NCBI GenBank assembly: GCA_030390025.1
Contig: CM059439.1
Span: 45,632,001-45,696,000, forward strand
Source: Squalus acanthias
Taxonomy: Eukaryota
Reading direction: 5' to 3'
DNA length: 64,000 nucleotides
In this document: positions 52,133-64,000 of the stretch, piece after piece
Layout: every line of letters starts with the position of its first letter
Numbering within the stretch: position 1 is the first letter of the stretch
Translations under genes and position numbers: made by a program
Notes under the pieces: model-generated
Seen by the model: the letters and a program-made list of their open reading frames with translations, nothing else
Databases searched by the model: none
What the model was told of the DNA's origin: nothing

Positions 52133-53049
52133 TAAGGTGAAGCAGGGTTAGCGGCTGGACCAGGTAAGGATCGGTTCTCATTTTGTAGTAATATATTCTT
52201 TCCTTACTTTCATATTTCCATAATGAATTCCTACATCCACATTTATAATTGAAATTGCATATGTTAGCGTGTCATGCTCCTGCCATAACCAGCCTCACTC
52301 CTCCCCTGGCAATCATCCCTGGGAGAGGACAGAGATAAAAACAACCCTTTTATTTAGGAGAAAAGAATCTGTGAAATTACTCCCCAACCCCCCACGCAGA
52401 TAATTCTGTAAGCTCCTGGAGACCACAGTGACTGGCATCACTATCACTGTTAATCCACCTAGCTTCTATAATGTGAGAAGATATATATTACTGATATATA
52501 GACACATGAATCAATTAGATCTTCATCTCCTTTTAAGAGTCAACAGTATTAATTGAAGCCACTTTCCTTATTTAAATAGTCTTAAGAGTTAGATGTAGAA
52601 TCAAGAACACATCCAATCCAGTTTTTGGCTTCACAATTGAAAAGATACATCTCTCAAACAAAATAATATAAGTAACATTTTTGACCTTTTAACAGGAAAC
52701 CTTATATTAACATTCTCAAAGAAAATCCTGATCTATTAAAAGCATAAGACAGTGATTCAAATTATCAGCCCTACTGATGGTATATATAGAGAGGGAGAGA
52801 TCAGATGAATATTTATGTATTTTAAAGGACGACTGTGAGAATTTATTTTTAAATTATGCAGGCAATGTTTGGATATTATCTATTTATTTCAATTTTGTTA
52901 TATAGGTCTCTTAAAACTCAACTTCAGTGTAATTTCTAAAATGCAAAACAGGCCAAGGTGAGTTGATTTTTCACACTGCCTAACAAACTGCACTCAGTTT
53001 TACATTAACAAATATCAGAATGCATCTCAATGGCATTTGATTATAACTC

Positions 53050-53460
53050 AAAACAAGTTATTGTAACCTTATATAACTAATCAATAAGGCTACATTTAGG
53101 ACATTGTGTGTAATGTTGGGTTCTCTGCCTTCAAAGGGACATTGATAGATTGATAGACAGGTGTTGTGAAAGAGACTCAAATGTGGAAAAAAAATTAAGC
53201 AAGGGGTCTTAATTTTGGTCTTAAAAGTCGTGAGAGGTATAGGAAATATGGATGTAAGTAAGTTATTCAGCTTACACTGCATAGTAGAACTAAAGGAGAT
53301 GAATACAAAACTTACATGCTATAAGAAAAACTATAATTTAGAAGTATTTCACTTAGTGGACCTGTAGTATAGAATCCCATCAAAACTGCAGTAGAAAAGT
53401 GCTGGATAAATAATACATATCTGTTTAAGAGAGAACTGAAAGTTATAAGAACAGATATAA
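53050..53460 (+). mobile_element. Old CR1 LINE 3' fragment
   Basis: Degenerate VIVTLYN.SIRLHLGHCV, equivalent to LYRALVRPHLEYCV in the younger CR1 copies. Confidence 0.5.
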
Positions 53461-53680
53461 ATGTTTAAATACTGTACAGAATACATTATTTTCTATATTG
53501 TGCAGTCTACAGTTCAGCTCTGTGAAATTGTTGGGACCTAAATAACGTGGGTTGTAAGTTTGAATTAATAACCAGGGGTTTCATTCAATGCAGGGATTGG
53601 TTGGAAATTATACATAGTTTTATCTTTGTGGAGTTGCCTTGCTCAGGAGATTGAGGCAGTTGAGTAGCATCCATAATAGT

Positions 53681-54008
53681 CTTCTTTTTCTTCTTCTTAG
53701 GCAGTCCCTCGGAACCGAGGATGACTTGCTTCCACACTAAAAATGAGTTCTCAGGTGACTGATGAGTCCAATGCGGGACCTACAGTCTCTGTCACAGGTT
53801 GGGCAGACGGTGGTTGAATGGGTGGGTGGGTGGGGTGCTTGGGTTGACGTGCGCTGCTTGCGCTTGGCTTCCGCTTGCTCCCGGTGAAGAGACTCGAGCT
53901 GTTCGGCGCCTTCCCGAATGCTTCTCCTCCACTTTGTGCAGTCTTGGGCCAGGGATTCCCAGGTGTCGGTGGGGATGTTGCACTTTTTCAAGGAGGCTTT
54001 GAGGGTGT
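53681..54008 (-). mobile_element. RTE (BovB-like) LINE 3' fragment
   Basis: DTLKASLKKCNI...W...AQD...WR...CPTCDRDCRSRIGLISHLRTH (C2H2 finger), (AAG)n tail, and 9-bp TSD CATAATAGT at 53672-53680 and 54009-54017. Confidence 0.88.
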
Positions 54009-57000
54009 CATAATAGTGCAACCATAATAGCAACCACACATAGTTTGTGAGGGACGGGACTTGATTTACCGAGTGGCTTTTCCCATTCTCTGCTAATACT
54101 CTTATATTTTTTCATGCACTAAAATACACATCACTCAGAAAGAAAACCAAAGCCATTAAAGGGCGGGTCTACCATTGAAAAAGTAATGATTTCTCAATGA
54201 ATCAGTTTAAGTTTTTCAGCAGGTGAAGCAGCTGAGGAACAAGGACAGTTAATTTAACCTAAATGTTTTTGAAATCAAACCTACAAGCTTCACATCACTT
54301 AATCACTATTTACCTCATCTCCTCTCCTACTCTGCTCAATACTGATGGTGTCCTACACTATGGGTGTTGGCCTTTCTCCTAGCTTTCACAATAATAAAAG
54401 ACTAGCATAACCCTTTGATTATTTTAATCGACTTAATGTTGCACAACGTAAAAAGGTGTATTTGTAGCTCAAAATTTTGACAGTGACATGACATGACAAA
54501 CAAATAAAGTGCTTTTTTCATAGTCGGACTTACAAATAATCATATTTGGGATTGCTGATCATTACTCTGATCTAGGATTCCTAAGCAAGAGGTGAATGAA
54601 AGACGTGGGAAGGAAAGAAGCAAGAGACATGGGAAAATTTAAGGAGCAGGAAAAAAAGGATAAAAGACAACACAAATGTAAAAGAAACAGGAAAAAAGCT
54701 CCCAAGAAGATTATAAAGATTCATTTACTATAAAGATTCACAGTGCATACCAGTAGTATTAGAATGAGATCTTAGTATTGTACTGTATGCAAGAAATAAA
54801 TCTTCCGGAAGCCTGATTTTGCAAAGAAAACAATCAAAGCAGTATGTACACAGGAAACTTGGCAATCAACTGGATGGTGAACCACATACTTTTGCATCAT
54901 TTAGATGGTTATCACTTGTGGTGATATGGTTCTAAGACTTTAGCACCTGTGTTTAATCCTCATCCAACTGAAGTGTGATTAGCAAAGCGCTGCATGTCAC
55001 TACCTGGGAACAAGAGTGCCTTTTACTAATTTCAACACAAATTCTGATAATATGATATAGGCTGGAAAACCTAACCAAAATAAGACTTAATAAAAAAATT
55101 ACTGAAACGCACACCTGTTACTCAGCTAGGGACAATGCTTGCGTGTAATCTTCCATGACAGTCTGAGAAAAGAGCTTTTCTATACTACTAGGTAATTACA
55201 ATATCACATTCTGTAACAGATTGTTACTGGGCCAGAAATAGCAACCTCCAGAACTAATGAATAAACAACAAACGCTAGCATATCCCCTTTCTGAAATGTT
55301 ATCATCCTCTCCAGTGACATGAAATATAGGCCTCGCCATAAGCTCAAGAAATAAAATGTAATTAGATTTGTTCGATAATACTTCACTTGAATGACATCCA
55401 AGTTCTCAAAAGTCCTAAATTAAATGATATAAAGCTTTCTCCATGACTTTGTGGCATGTTTGACTTCATCTTTTATAGGCATCAAATTCTTGTGATGATA
55501 TTTTGTTTAAAAAGTACCAGTGGTTTAATTTTGTAATGTCTACTGTGCCTCTGGAATTTAACTTGGAGTTTATGATTGCTGCAAGGCAGTTCCGTTTACA
55601 GCAACTTCATTGAGTATGAGAATGTTTTGTCTTACAATGAGATGAATATCACCAAAAAGGTTGCATCTTGATGTGAAAACAATAAGGAGGAAATCTGATT
55701 GTCCATTCCAGTGGTTTGTTGCATTGTCCCTGTGAATTTTGCAGCAGGCAGAAGAAAATAGATGCATTGGCTTGGAGCTTCCTCCTTGGGTGCAACCTAG
55801 AAGTTGGACCCATTTTGCCGATGTAAAGTTACACCCAAGTATCCTCCCAATCTCATTAGAATAGCCTGAACTTAAAATAGGCATTAATCAGCGGGAATCA
55901 GCGGAAACAATCAGGGCCTAAAGAAATGCCGAACCTACAGTATATTTCTACTTCATGTCTTAAAATTTAAGTTTCAACTCATTTAAACATCATTTAAACG
56001 TCATTTATTCACATCAGGCAGGCACAGCATGTTTGAGAACCTACAATCGGGAGCCTTTTCAATTTTGAGTGTGACTTATACTTAAGTGATAAAAATGCAT
56101 TAAACAAAACAAAATTACAGAGCGGGTCTCAGCGATGATAATTTTTTTAAAAGACGCATAAAATCGCAATTTAAAGACCAGATAAATGACTTGGTTTCCT
56201 GCAGCTTCTGAAATCTGGTGGCAATGTTATGAGACACCCTCGATCAAACGCAATTGGAGGATACTAGCATTTGAGAGTCGGGAGTGTGGCTGGTTTTGTG
56301 GGCTGAGATTCGTTTGGACGGAAGGTTTGACGGATGGACGTAAAAGATGGAGGAGACGTGGGCATGTTGTAGTTACGCAAATAACTCAATTATGCCCAAA
56401 ATTCCACAATGTTTTAAGGCACGGAATTTGTTTGCGCCCAGATTATTAGTATATCTGGGCGCAACTGCGAAGGAAACTCCAGGACATTATGCTTTTCCCA
56501 GTGATATACTTGTTTGTTTTGGGTTAGTTTCAATGACTATCATCCAGCCAACTCTGAATGATCACGTTATAAATTAACTCGTCAGCAAATGAATTATTGA
56601 GATAATGGCCGCGAAATTGGGAGACTAGCGCAGGCCGTTAAGGCTGGTTTTGCTGAAAAAGTGGCGGTCACCTCACTTCTGCCCACTTCCGGTGCAGAAC
56701 ACGGCGGCCGCCATTTTGGGGAGGTTGGCAGCGCTGCTGTTGCCCACATGTAAATTATGCAGATTGTAACGTCAGTCGGCGTGCAATGCCTAAATTGACG
56801 CACGATTGTGATTTTGGACATCGCTGGTCTTGATACTGCCCTCTCCAAACCATGCACGGAAGAACGTGCGTGCAGCAGTACTAGAGATGCTGCCAGTGCT
56901 GCTTAAAGGGACACGCACATCTTTCAGGTAAGTTTAGATTTTAACTATTGGACTTTTTTTTAACACTTTATTGGAGTAGTGGATTAGTACAATACATACA

Positions 57001-58127
57001 AAAAAATGTTAAGTGTGCAGGGAGTGCAGGGACTGCTGCTGGATACTTGCAAGGCTTTGGATGCTAAAGGAAGGCCTCTGAAAAAACCACTTACTCACAG
57101 TCCTGGGGGTTCTAGTTGCAGTCCCCCTTGGGCTGCAACATCACATGGAGATGAAGCAGAGGCAGCAAAGGGGACAAGCTGCTCACAGAGGGAGGAAGAA
57201 GAAGCAGAAGAGGGGGAAGCAGAAGAAGAGGAAGCAGAAGGAAGGAAGCAACTCAGACAGCCCTTTCTTGCTGGGATATCTGGGATCGAATCATCCACGA
57301 GTGGTACCAGTGAACACAACCCCAATTCCCCTTTCAGCATTTGTCCACACCTTACCTTCCCTCTGTTACTGACCATCACAGTGTCCTCTTGGCCACAATA
57401 CTGAAATAAAAGCCATCACAAAGCAAACTTTCCAATTGAACTTTATCCATATATGCATCCAATATTACATCAAGAAATCAACTAATCATCATTGTGCATT
57501 CTCTTAGTGACTGTCTTGCATATTCCTTTGCCTATCCTAGTGATGTTATGCAGTGTTACCCTGGTGGCTGCAGCATGGCTGGTGGAAAGCTGCTGACTTT
57601 CAGTGGGGGACACTGCAGATGGCCATGCAGGACGACCTCGAGGAGCTGGTGGCTCAGAGTGTGAAATCGAGTGATGGTGTTTCTTCTTCTTCTTCTTCTT
57701 CTTCCTCTTCACTCTCCTCGGTCAACCACTGGCTGGGCAGGCTGGATTTTTGGGTGTCTGGAATGAGGAAGGCACAAGGGTAGGGTTGTAGTGAAGGGAG
57801 GGGGGTAAAGCAAGAGGTGCATGCTTACACCATGTGCAGCTTGTAAATCAGAAGAGATTGTGGGATGAGGGGGAAGTGGGAAGTGATAAGGAGGATAACG
57901 TATGAGGATACCATCATATTGTATGCTGCCAGCCATGCCCCTGCCATGAATGGCCAGCACTGTCTCTTCCAAGGGGGTGAGGTGAAGCTAGAAATATGAG
58001 GTGTGCCTCGTGTTTCATAGAGATTGCTGATAGGTGAGTGATGGGGGGAGGGTGTCGTACATTTATCAGCATGTGAGGCTAGTGGTGCAGTTGGTAGGAG
58101 ATGGCATTTGAAGATGTATTCACTGAC

Positions 58128-58337
58128 CTTGACCATTCGTCTGAGGTCATGAAACTTCTTTGGGCACTTATGTCAGGTCCTGCTGGCAGTGATAGCCTCG
58201 GCGATCTGGTGCCATATCCTTCCTTCTGGAGGGCCACCTGTGGGGAGAGGACCTCTCTTCCAGTGTTGATCCCCTGCAGAAAGCTGGAGTGCTGCATCTG
58301 AGACTCTGGGTGCCCTTTCCCTGGCCTGTTGAGCCAT
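58128..58337 (-). pseudogene. Harbinger Myb/SANT-like DNA-binding protein exon remnant
   Basis: MAQQARERAPRVSDAAL.../LQGINTGREVLSP.../IWHQIAEAITASRT*HKCPKKFHDLRRMVK|GTCAGT; fits the W..IA...RT...C.KKF.DL pattern, with frameshifts and a stop. Confidence 0.75.
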
Positions 58338-58375
58338 TTGTGCTAGCGCTGAAGCACTTTTACCATTTTATATGT

Positions 58376-58535
58376 GCAGAAGGCAGTTCAGCTTTAAGAG
58401 CTGCAGATTGCCTAATTCTAAAGGATTTTTTCTTTTTTTTTGCAGAAGGCAGTTTAGCTTTAAGAGCTGCAGACTGCCTAGTTCTGAAGGATTTTTAATT
58501 TTTTTCAGAAGGCATTTCAGCTTTAAGGGCTAGAG
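58376..58535. repeat. Tandem repeat, unit about 65 bp, about 2.5 copies
   Basis: (g)cagaaggcagttcagctttaagagctgcaga... starts at 58376, 58442 and 58506. Confidence 0.85.
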
Positions 58536-58946
58536 AGTGTCTTGAAAAGGAACAGGCTAGCTTTAAGTAAAAGCAGCCTTGATCCAGTGATGCAAACTTG
58601 GGCCCCCTGCTGAGTGCACAGCCTGTCAGCAGCGCGTTAGTCGCTAGGCTGTGCGGTACAATCATTTAAATTAGCAGGCAGCACCAAATTGACGTGCTGC
58701 CTGCGCTTTCTGAACGGGCATGGGCATATCACACATCGCAGTTCCTGAGCCTGTTTTCAGGCGTTATTGAATTTCACCCCAATATCTTTTAAAAGATAAT
58801 GGTGACTGAAATTGAAATGATACAATAGGTTACACATATATTTCAACTGGAGTGGTCAAAAAATGTATTAAGTAAATTAATATAACAAGCTCAAGAATAT
58901 AAATTAATCTCATAAATTAAAAATAGAATTTCACTGTGGTTCCTAC

Positions 58947-58980
58947 GCTAGTATAATCTGCAGGAGTGATAATTCAGTTT
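58947..58980 (+). repeat. 34-bp exact direct repeat, copy 1
   Basis: GCTAGTATAATCTGCAGGAGTGATAATTCAGTTT, identical to 61098-61131. Confidence 0.9.
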
Positions 58981-59639
58981 TCCCAGATTCAGGGTTGTGT
59001 TTGAGTTCAGAATATTCATGAAGCAGAATGATACAGTGTGATTCTAACAGCAATCTCTCTAGACCATCAAGGATCAATGATACATGCTCTAACTATTCTG
59101 CTAGGGAAAATTGATTGTATTCATCTTTTATCTTAGTACTAAAAGGTGCATGAGATTGATTCTGGGTCACTGCTCCTCTGATTTCCCTTGTACCTCTGCA
59201 GTGAAGGACATGATGCCTTGCCATGATACCACAGCTAAGATCACAAACTCAGCAGGCAGGCAATTACAGCCATGAACCTGTTCCCCACCACTCCATGGTG
59301 CCTGAATTCCTTTTTTATCTCATTTATTGAATTTTTAAATTTATTATCAACTCAATCATTCATAGAGCACTGGATAATTGACATTGAAAGTAACCCAAAA
59401 CTTACAAGTAGGCCACCGAGCAGGATACAATGCATCTCGTGCTATCTTGCCTCTCTGTATGACACACAGCTACAAAATCGTTGGTATCCAAAAAATGCTA
59501 GAATTATCTCCTTGGTGTTTGCAAATCAAATACGAGTCGAGTTGGCAATACTCACCTCATTCTAAAACAAAGAATTCTCATTCTTAAATTGCTATTAATA
59601 AGACTACCCTGTAGTGATCATGTTTCCAAGTTGATCTTC

Positions 59640-59702
59640 GTACCCTGAGCTAAGAATATGAAAAAATCTGCCATGGTTGCTATGCAAAGACCCCAGCTGA
59701 AA

Positions 59703-59735
<33 letters not shown>

Positions 59736-59925
59736 GGATGTCCAGTGCAGACAGAATTGGATTTTTCTGTGATAGCTTCAATATTGAACAACCTACTGAT
59801 ACTAACTATTCAGAATCATACTTGAAGAATGGGTGAGGAGGTGTGAATGCCACAGAACTGTAGCTCAATGAATCAGCATCTTCAGGAGAGGACAGGTTAG
59901 AGGAGAAAATTGGAGGAGAAAAAAA
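59640..59925 (+). mobile_element. Probable old SINE-like repeat containing a (TG)n microsatellite (59704-59732)
   Basis: The (TG)n tract is plain. The SINE call rests only on recalled similarity of ...tcagcatcttcaggagagg...gaaaattgg to dispersed elasmobranch repeats. Confidence 0.35.
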
Positions 59926-61097
59926 CCCTTTAAGAAAAGCAAGCTTACCCAAAAAATAATTGCATTGAGCTGTGTTTGTCTTCAATCACAAGACGAAGCA
60001 AAAGCTGTGCTTCTGTGCCAAAAACTCATTTACATGCTATTAAAAATGGTGGTCAGTATCAGGGTAAACAATACCATTTTTGCTACACTCCACCCCCAGG
60101 ACTTTGTATTGTCTTTGTGCTACAAACAGCACTAGTGTGAATACAGGGGAAAAAATTAAACATATGAATTTTGTTGGTCTTTTCCATTCAAATAAAAGGA
60201 AGTCTATTTTGATTTGACTTTGTTCATAGAGTTTTATGTAGATGTCTGACAAGGCTATTAAAAAAAACTGTATCTTCAATTATTTCCCTACTGGTGCATT
60301 TGCTGATACATTATTGCATCGTTTAACCAATTGGCAGTCATCAATGACATTACACAATCATGTATTGCTCCCAATCAATTACCTTGTGTAACATTGGCCT
60401 AATATAATACAAGCATGAACAGTATCTGAAAAGAACAGCTGTACTGCTGACGTGCAGGGAATATCACAGTGCAATCAGTTTTAGCATGATTGCCGACTAA
60501 TCGGAAGTTGAGGTGTGACAGGATAACATACCATTTATCTGGGATAACAGGACAGTCTTGTCAACAGGATCCAAACATGTTCTATTTTGTAAGGCAGTCT
60601 TTTGCAGTGAAGACACAACAATTCTGTCAATTGGACCCTACACAAGCTGTATTTCCAAGACAGCCTGGCCAGTCTAAATAGTCATCCAGTCAGTTTGTTC
60701 TATTATTCTGCACAGAGATCATTCCTAAACAACTTGTAATATACTGAATGAACACATTTCTTTGGCACTCATAAAGGTAAAGGATAATGTTGGCAAGGAA
60801 CGCAATATTATTCCATACCTATGTTGGATATGTGTGTTGGAAAATCAGCAGATTTATGACATGCCAAATATAACCTCCATATCCTGTCAATGATTGAGAA
60901 TGAAATTACTTCTGTGTTGTACCTCTGGGCACAGTACAAAGCTCTTTAATGAGGAATGAATGACAGAAGATGGGAAAGCCAATCATTTGCCAGGTCTATC
61001 CAAAACAAGGATAGGATTCTGTCTGAAACTTTTAGACCCAAAATTTTGAGCCAAAAACTAACTAAACAATAAAGCAGCAAATCCCTTTGGTAAGGTG

Positions 61098-61131
61098 GCT
61101 AGTATAATCTGCAGGAGTGATAATTCAGTTT
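61098..61131 (+). repeat. 34-bp exact direct repeat, copy 2
   Basis: Identical to 58947-58980. Confidence 0.9.
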
Positions 61132-61462
61132 GTTCAGATTTAAGACTTGCATTTACTGTGTAAGATTGGTATTTAAATCTCATCACGGTTTGGGATTCAG
61201 TAGCCATTTTTTTCACAAGTAGGAACTGTAGCATATTAATCCATTCCATGTTTTATATCTGATCTCTAATGATAGGCTAAAATAAAGCAGGAAAGGGAAT
61301 GTTTAAGAATTGAGGTCAGAAAAGTAGCAGAACTGCAGAAATCAGTTAGTCGTCTCGGCTAGTGGTGAATATTGGAGTTGTTTCCAGCAAATATATTTAA
61401 TCTTTTCTGAACTTCATGACATGCTAAAATTAATAGTTCTGAGCATTAGCACCTCAGATAAT

Positions 61463-62226
61463 GGCCCGGATTTTGCAATGGTAATGATGGCGAAACTGTC
61501 AGCGTTTGTCATCATTACTCCTCTGAAAGTGTCAGCTTCTGGAGTCTGCGCATGCGCAGATAAACGCAGAACTCCAGAAGTTGCTGTCAGTGATTCTACA
61601 CTTCTCCACAGGTTGTGCTGTGGAACTCCCTGGAGACCACAATGAATTCAAATTACACTGAAATGTAGTTCCTGACGAAAACTTCCCCTATTATGCTGGA
61701 ATATCGTTGTTAAAGTCCCCCGAAAAAGTTAAGCCTTGTTGAAAGAGATGTAACTGGTTTTTAATACCGTATTGATTGTTGAACACCCGTTCTGACTCTG
61801 AAAAACTAATTTTATATTTGTGAAATTTCAAATTTTTCCATTAATTTGATAAGAATTACATGGTTTTTAATATAATAATTAAAAGAAAAGTTTGTTTATG
61901 ATATTTCAGCTTCTACCATAATACTATGTGTATGTCCCAATCTTCATTTTGCTCTCTGTAAAAGTTATAAAAAGTAAATTATAATCTGTGCATTTACTTC
62001 CTGGTTTGCTGGTGGTGAGAATTCTTCAATGTGATTGGCTGCTTAGCCTGCTTGATGACATCACTGTTGCTGGATGCTGGAGATTCATTTGATTTGGCAC
62101 CAGATTCAAACTAACATCGGGAGAGGTAAAATTCACGCCACAGAGATTGCTAGATCATTGTGGGCAGCTTTTTTCACAGTCAGCGGTGAGCGGCGTCACT
62201 TCGCTGCTGACCGCAAATTCCAGGCC
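61463..62226. mobile_element. PIF/Harbinger-type MITE
   Basis: TIRs GGCCCGGATTTTGC / (rc) GGCCTGGAATTTGC; flanks AAT/ATT (imperfect TSD); internal palindromes. Confidence 0.8.
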
Positions 62227-63539
62227 ATTGTGTACTCCCTAAACAGGCCTCATTGACCAATCTATAAATGTAATTACCTGGAACATTGCTGTCTTATGCC
62301 TGCAGCTCATATGATGGTACCCACAGTTATTTTCAAACATTTCAATCGGAATATAATATTTTTCTCTAAAAGCATTGTTTTGACTGTCTCTTTATTTTAG
62401 ACCATGAACCACATACTCTATTCTGTACAATTTATCTGTTGAAGGTATCATCAATTTACTAAGATTGTTACATTTTGTGTTGTCAGCTATAATTATCCTC
62501 TTTATATGGCTACAAAGTCCAGTATATGGATAAAACATGATTAGAACAAAATGGCATAATCTGGACTATATGGTTCTGCAAGTATATCCTCAATCGAGGC
62601 ATGAAAACAATTTGTCTTAATCAGCTTTATAATATGAAAGTGCTTCTAGGTGGATCTGCACAAAATGATCAGTCTGCATAAAGCCACTTGCCCTGAGCAT
62701 GAACAGAGTGATGCTAAATTTGCAGTCTTTTTGGGAGAACAGTGATTGAACAGGATGATCAAGATAGTAGGTCATATTGATATTTCCTTTCTGGTGTGTA
62801 ATTTAAGCTGAAGAGGGAGACATTGGAATGGGTTTGGATATGACAAGTTCAAATGGATAACACACCACAGTACTGTTTATTTTATTTAAGTTTTTCTTTC
62901 TGGGGTTACTAAATACGTCAACACATTGAGCAACATATTGAAGATGGCTGAGATGACCTGTCTGCGTCTTTCTATCATTGCTGTTCTGAATTTGTCATTA
63001 TGAGGCAGATTTATCGTATTTTGGATACAACTCTCCCTCTGATTATCCTTCCCTAAAACATCACAGCTAGAACTGAAACTCAGAAGAATTGGGGAAACAG
63101 AATGTGTGTCCTACCAGTCCGCAGCACTGACATTGATTCACCAACGTACTGCATTAATCATTGCTATTTTCAATATATTTTCCACTTTCGATCCCTTCAA
63201 CCAACTCTTTTAACTAACATGCTCTCTCCTTTTCTCAGTTAACCTTTCCCTTCAGTCTGCAAGGCTTCTATTTCATTCAACAAATGTATTTCTTTGGGCT
63301 GTGTGTACGTCTCTTTGCCTAATGAGCTTTTTGCATTAGCCTGCAGATATGCTTTTCCCTTCAATTGTCATGTCTGTTTTAGTTGCCGTTCCTTCTCCTT
63401 CAATAGGCACTTGTTTTCTGTCCTTTTTATTATTCTTTCTGAGTTTGGAGTTGTTGCCAATATCTATCAGGAATCGTGCAGATATCAAATAACTTGTCTG
63501 TCTTCAAGGTTTCACACATTCCCCCTCTACAGGAATACT

Positions 63540-64000
63540 TTGCTTATCACAAGATCAATACAGATGAGAAGACCATCTATCCCATTGCGAGACATTCTTT
63601 CCAAAATACCCTACAGTCCCCCTCATCGTGACATCCAATTGTTTTTTAGATGAGTCCAAAGTTTTTACCTCCATTACCCAACCTGAAGTCCATTGCATAT
63701 GTTGAACAATCTTTACGTGAAGACCTTCCTGACACTAGTTCTAAATTAGCTTACTGTTAGTTTGAATCCGTGTCCCCTTGTCTTATTCCCACAGTCTAGT
63801 TTAAAGTAATTTTATGAATCTATCTTTTCCACGATGTTTATTGTTTTATATACCTTTATCCAATCACCTCTCAGTCACCTCCTTTCAAGGCTAAAGAGCC
63901 CAAGATTCTCCAGTTTTTCCTTATTACTCAGTGCTGTGACACGAGGGATCAGTTTCATGACTCTTCTCTGAACTGCCTCCAGGGTTGAAATGTCTCCCTT
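63540..64000 (-). mobile_element. Old CR1 LINE 3' portion, running off the window end
   Basis: Reverse complement gives DISTLEAVQRRVMKLIP...LENLGLFSLERR*LRGDWIKVYK...TRGH. Confidence 0.8.

Larger units (their letters stand above)
56607..58780. mobile_element. Internally deleted PIF/Harbinger DNA transposon
   Basis: TIRs GGCCGCGAAATT / (rc) GGGGTGAAATT, TSD AAT (56604-56606 and 58781-58783), a Myb/SANT-like gene remnant on minus, and an acidic E-rich remnant on plus at about 57150-57270. Confidence 0.8.

Noticed and set aside
58376-58535. Repeats that might be read as a CRISPR array (also the 34-bp pair at 58947 and 61098)
   Set aside because: Vertebrate context, no unique regular spacers and no cas genes.

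Overview
Vertebrate genomic DNA, probably a cartilaginous fish (inferred from the repeat landscape), not prokaryotic. The only host protein-coding sequence is the 5' end of nuclear factor I A (NFIA) on the minus strand: coding exon 1 (MYSPLCLTQ, 19732-19758) and the 532-bp DNA-binding-domain exon 2 (13529-14060). Bases 1-13528 are intron 2. A CpG-retaining, transposon-poor domain covers about 18.7-37 kb and ends near a strong CTCF motif. From 38 kb onward the window is dense in repeats: a four-element nest (LINE, two CR1s, MITE), an L2 inside an old RTE, a young RTE 3' fragment, SINEs whose 3' tails match LINEs in the same window, and PIF/Harbinger elements. The most notable observations are an upstream ORF whose stop overlaps the NFIA start codon (TAATG), a nested start-stop ORF, three candidate alternative first exons, opposed splice donors inside MITEs, and an unexplained exact 34-bp direct repeat. 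All calls were made by eye; no searches were run, and comparisons to other species are from memory.
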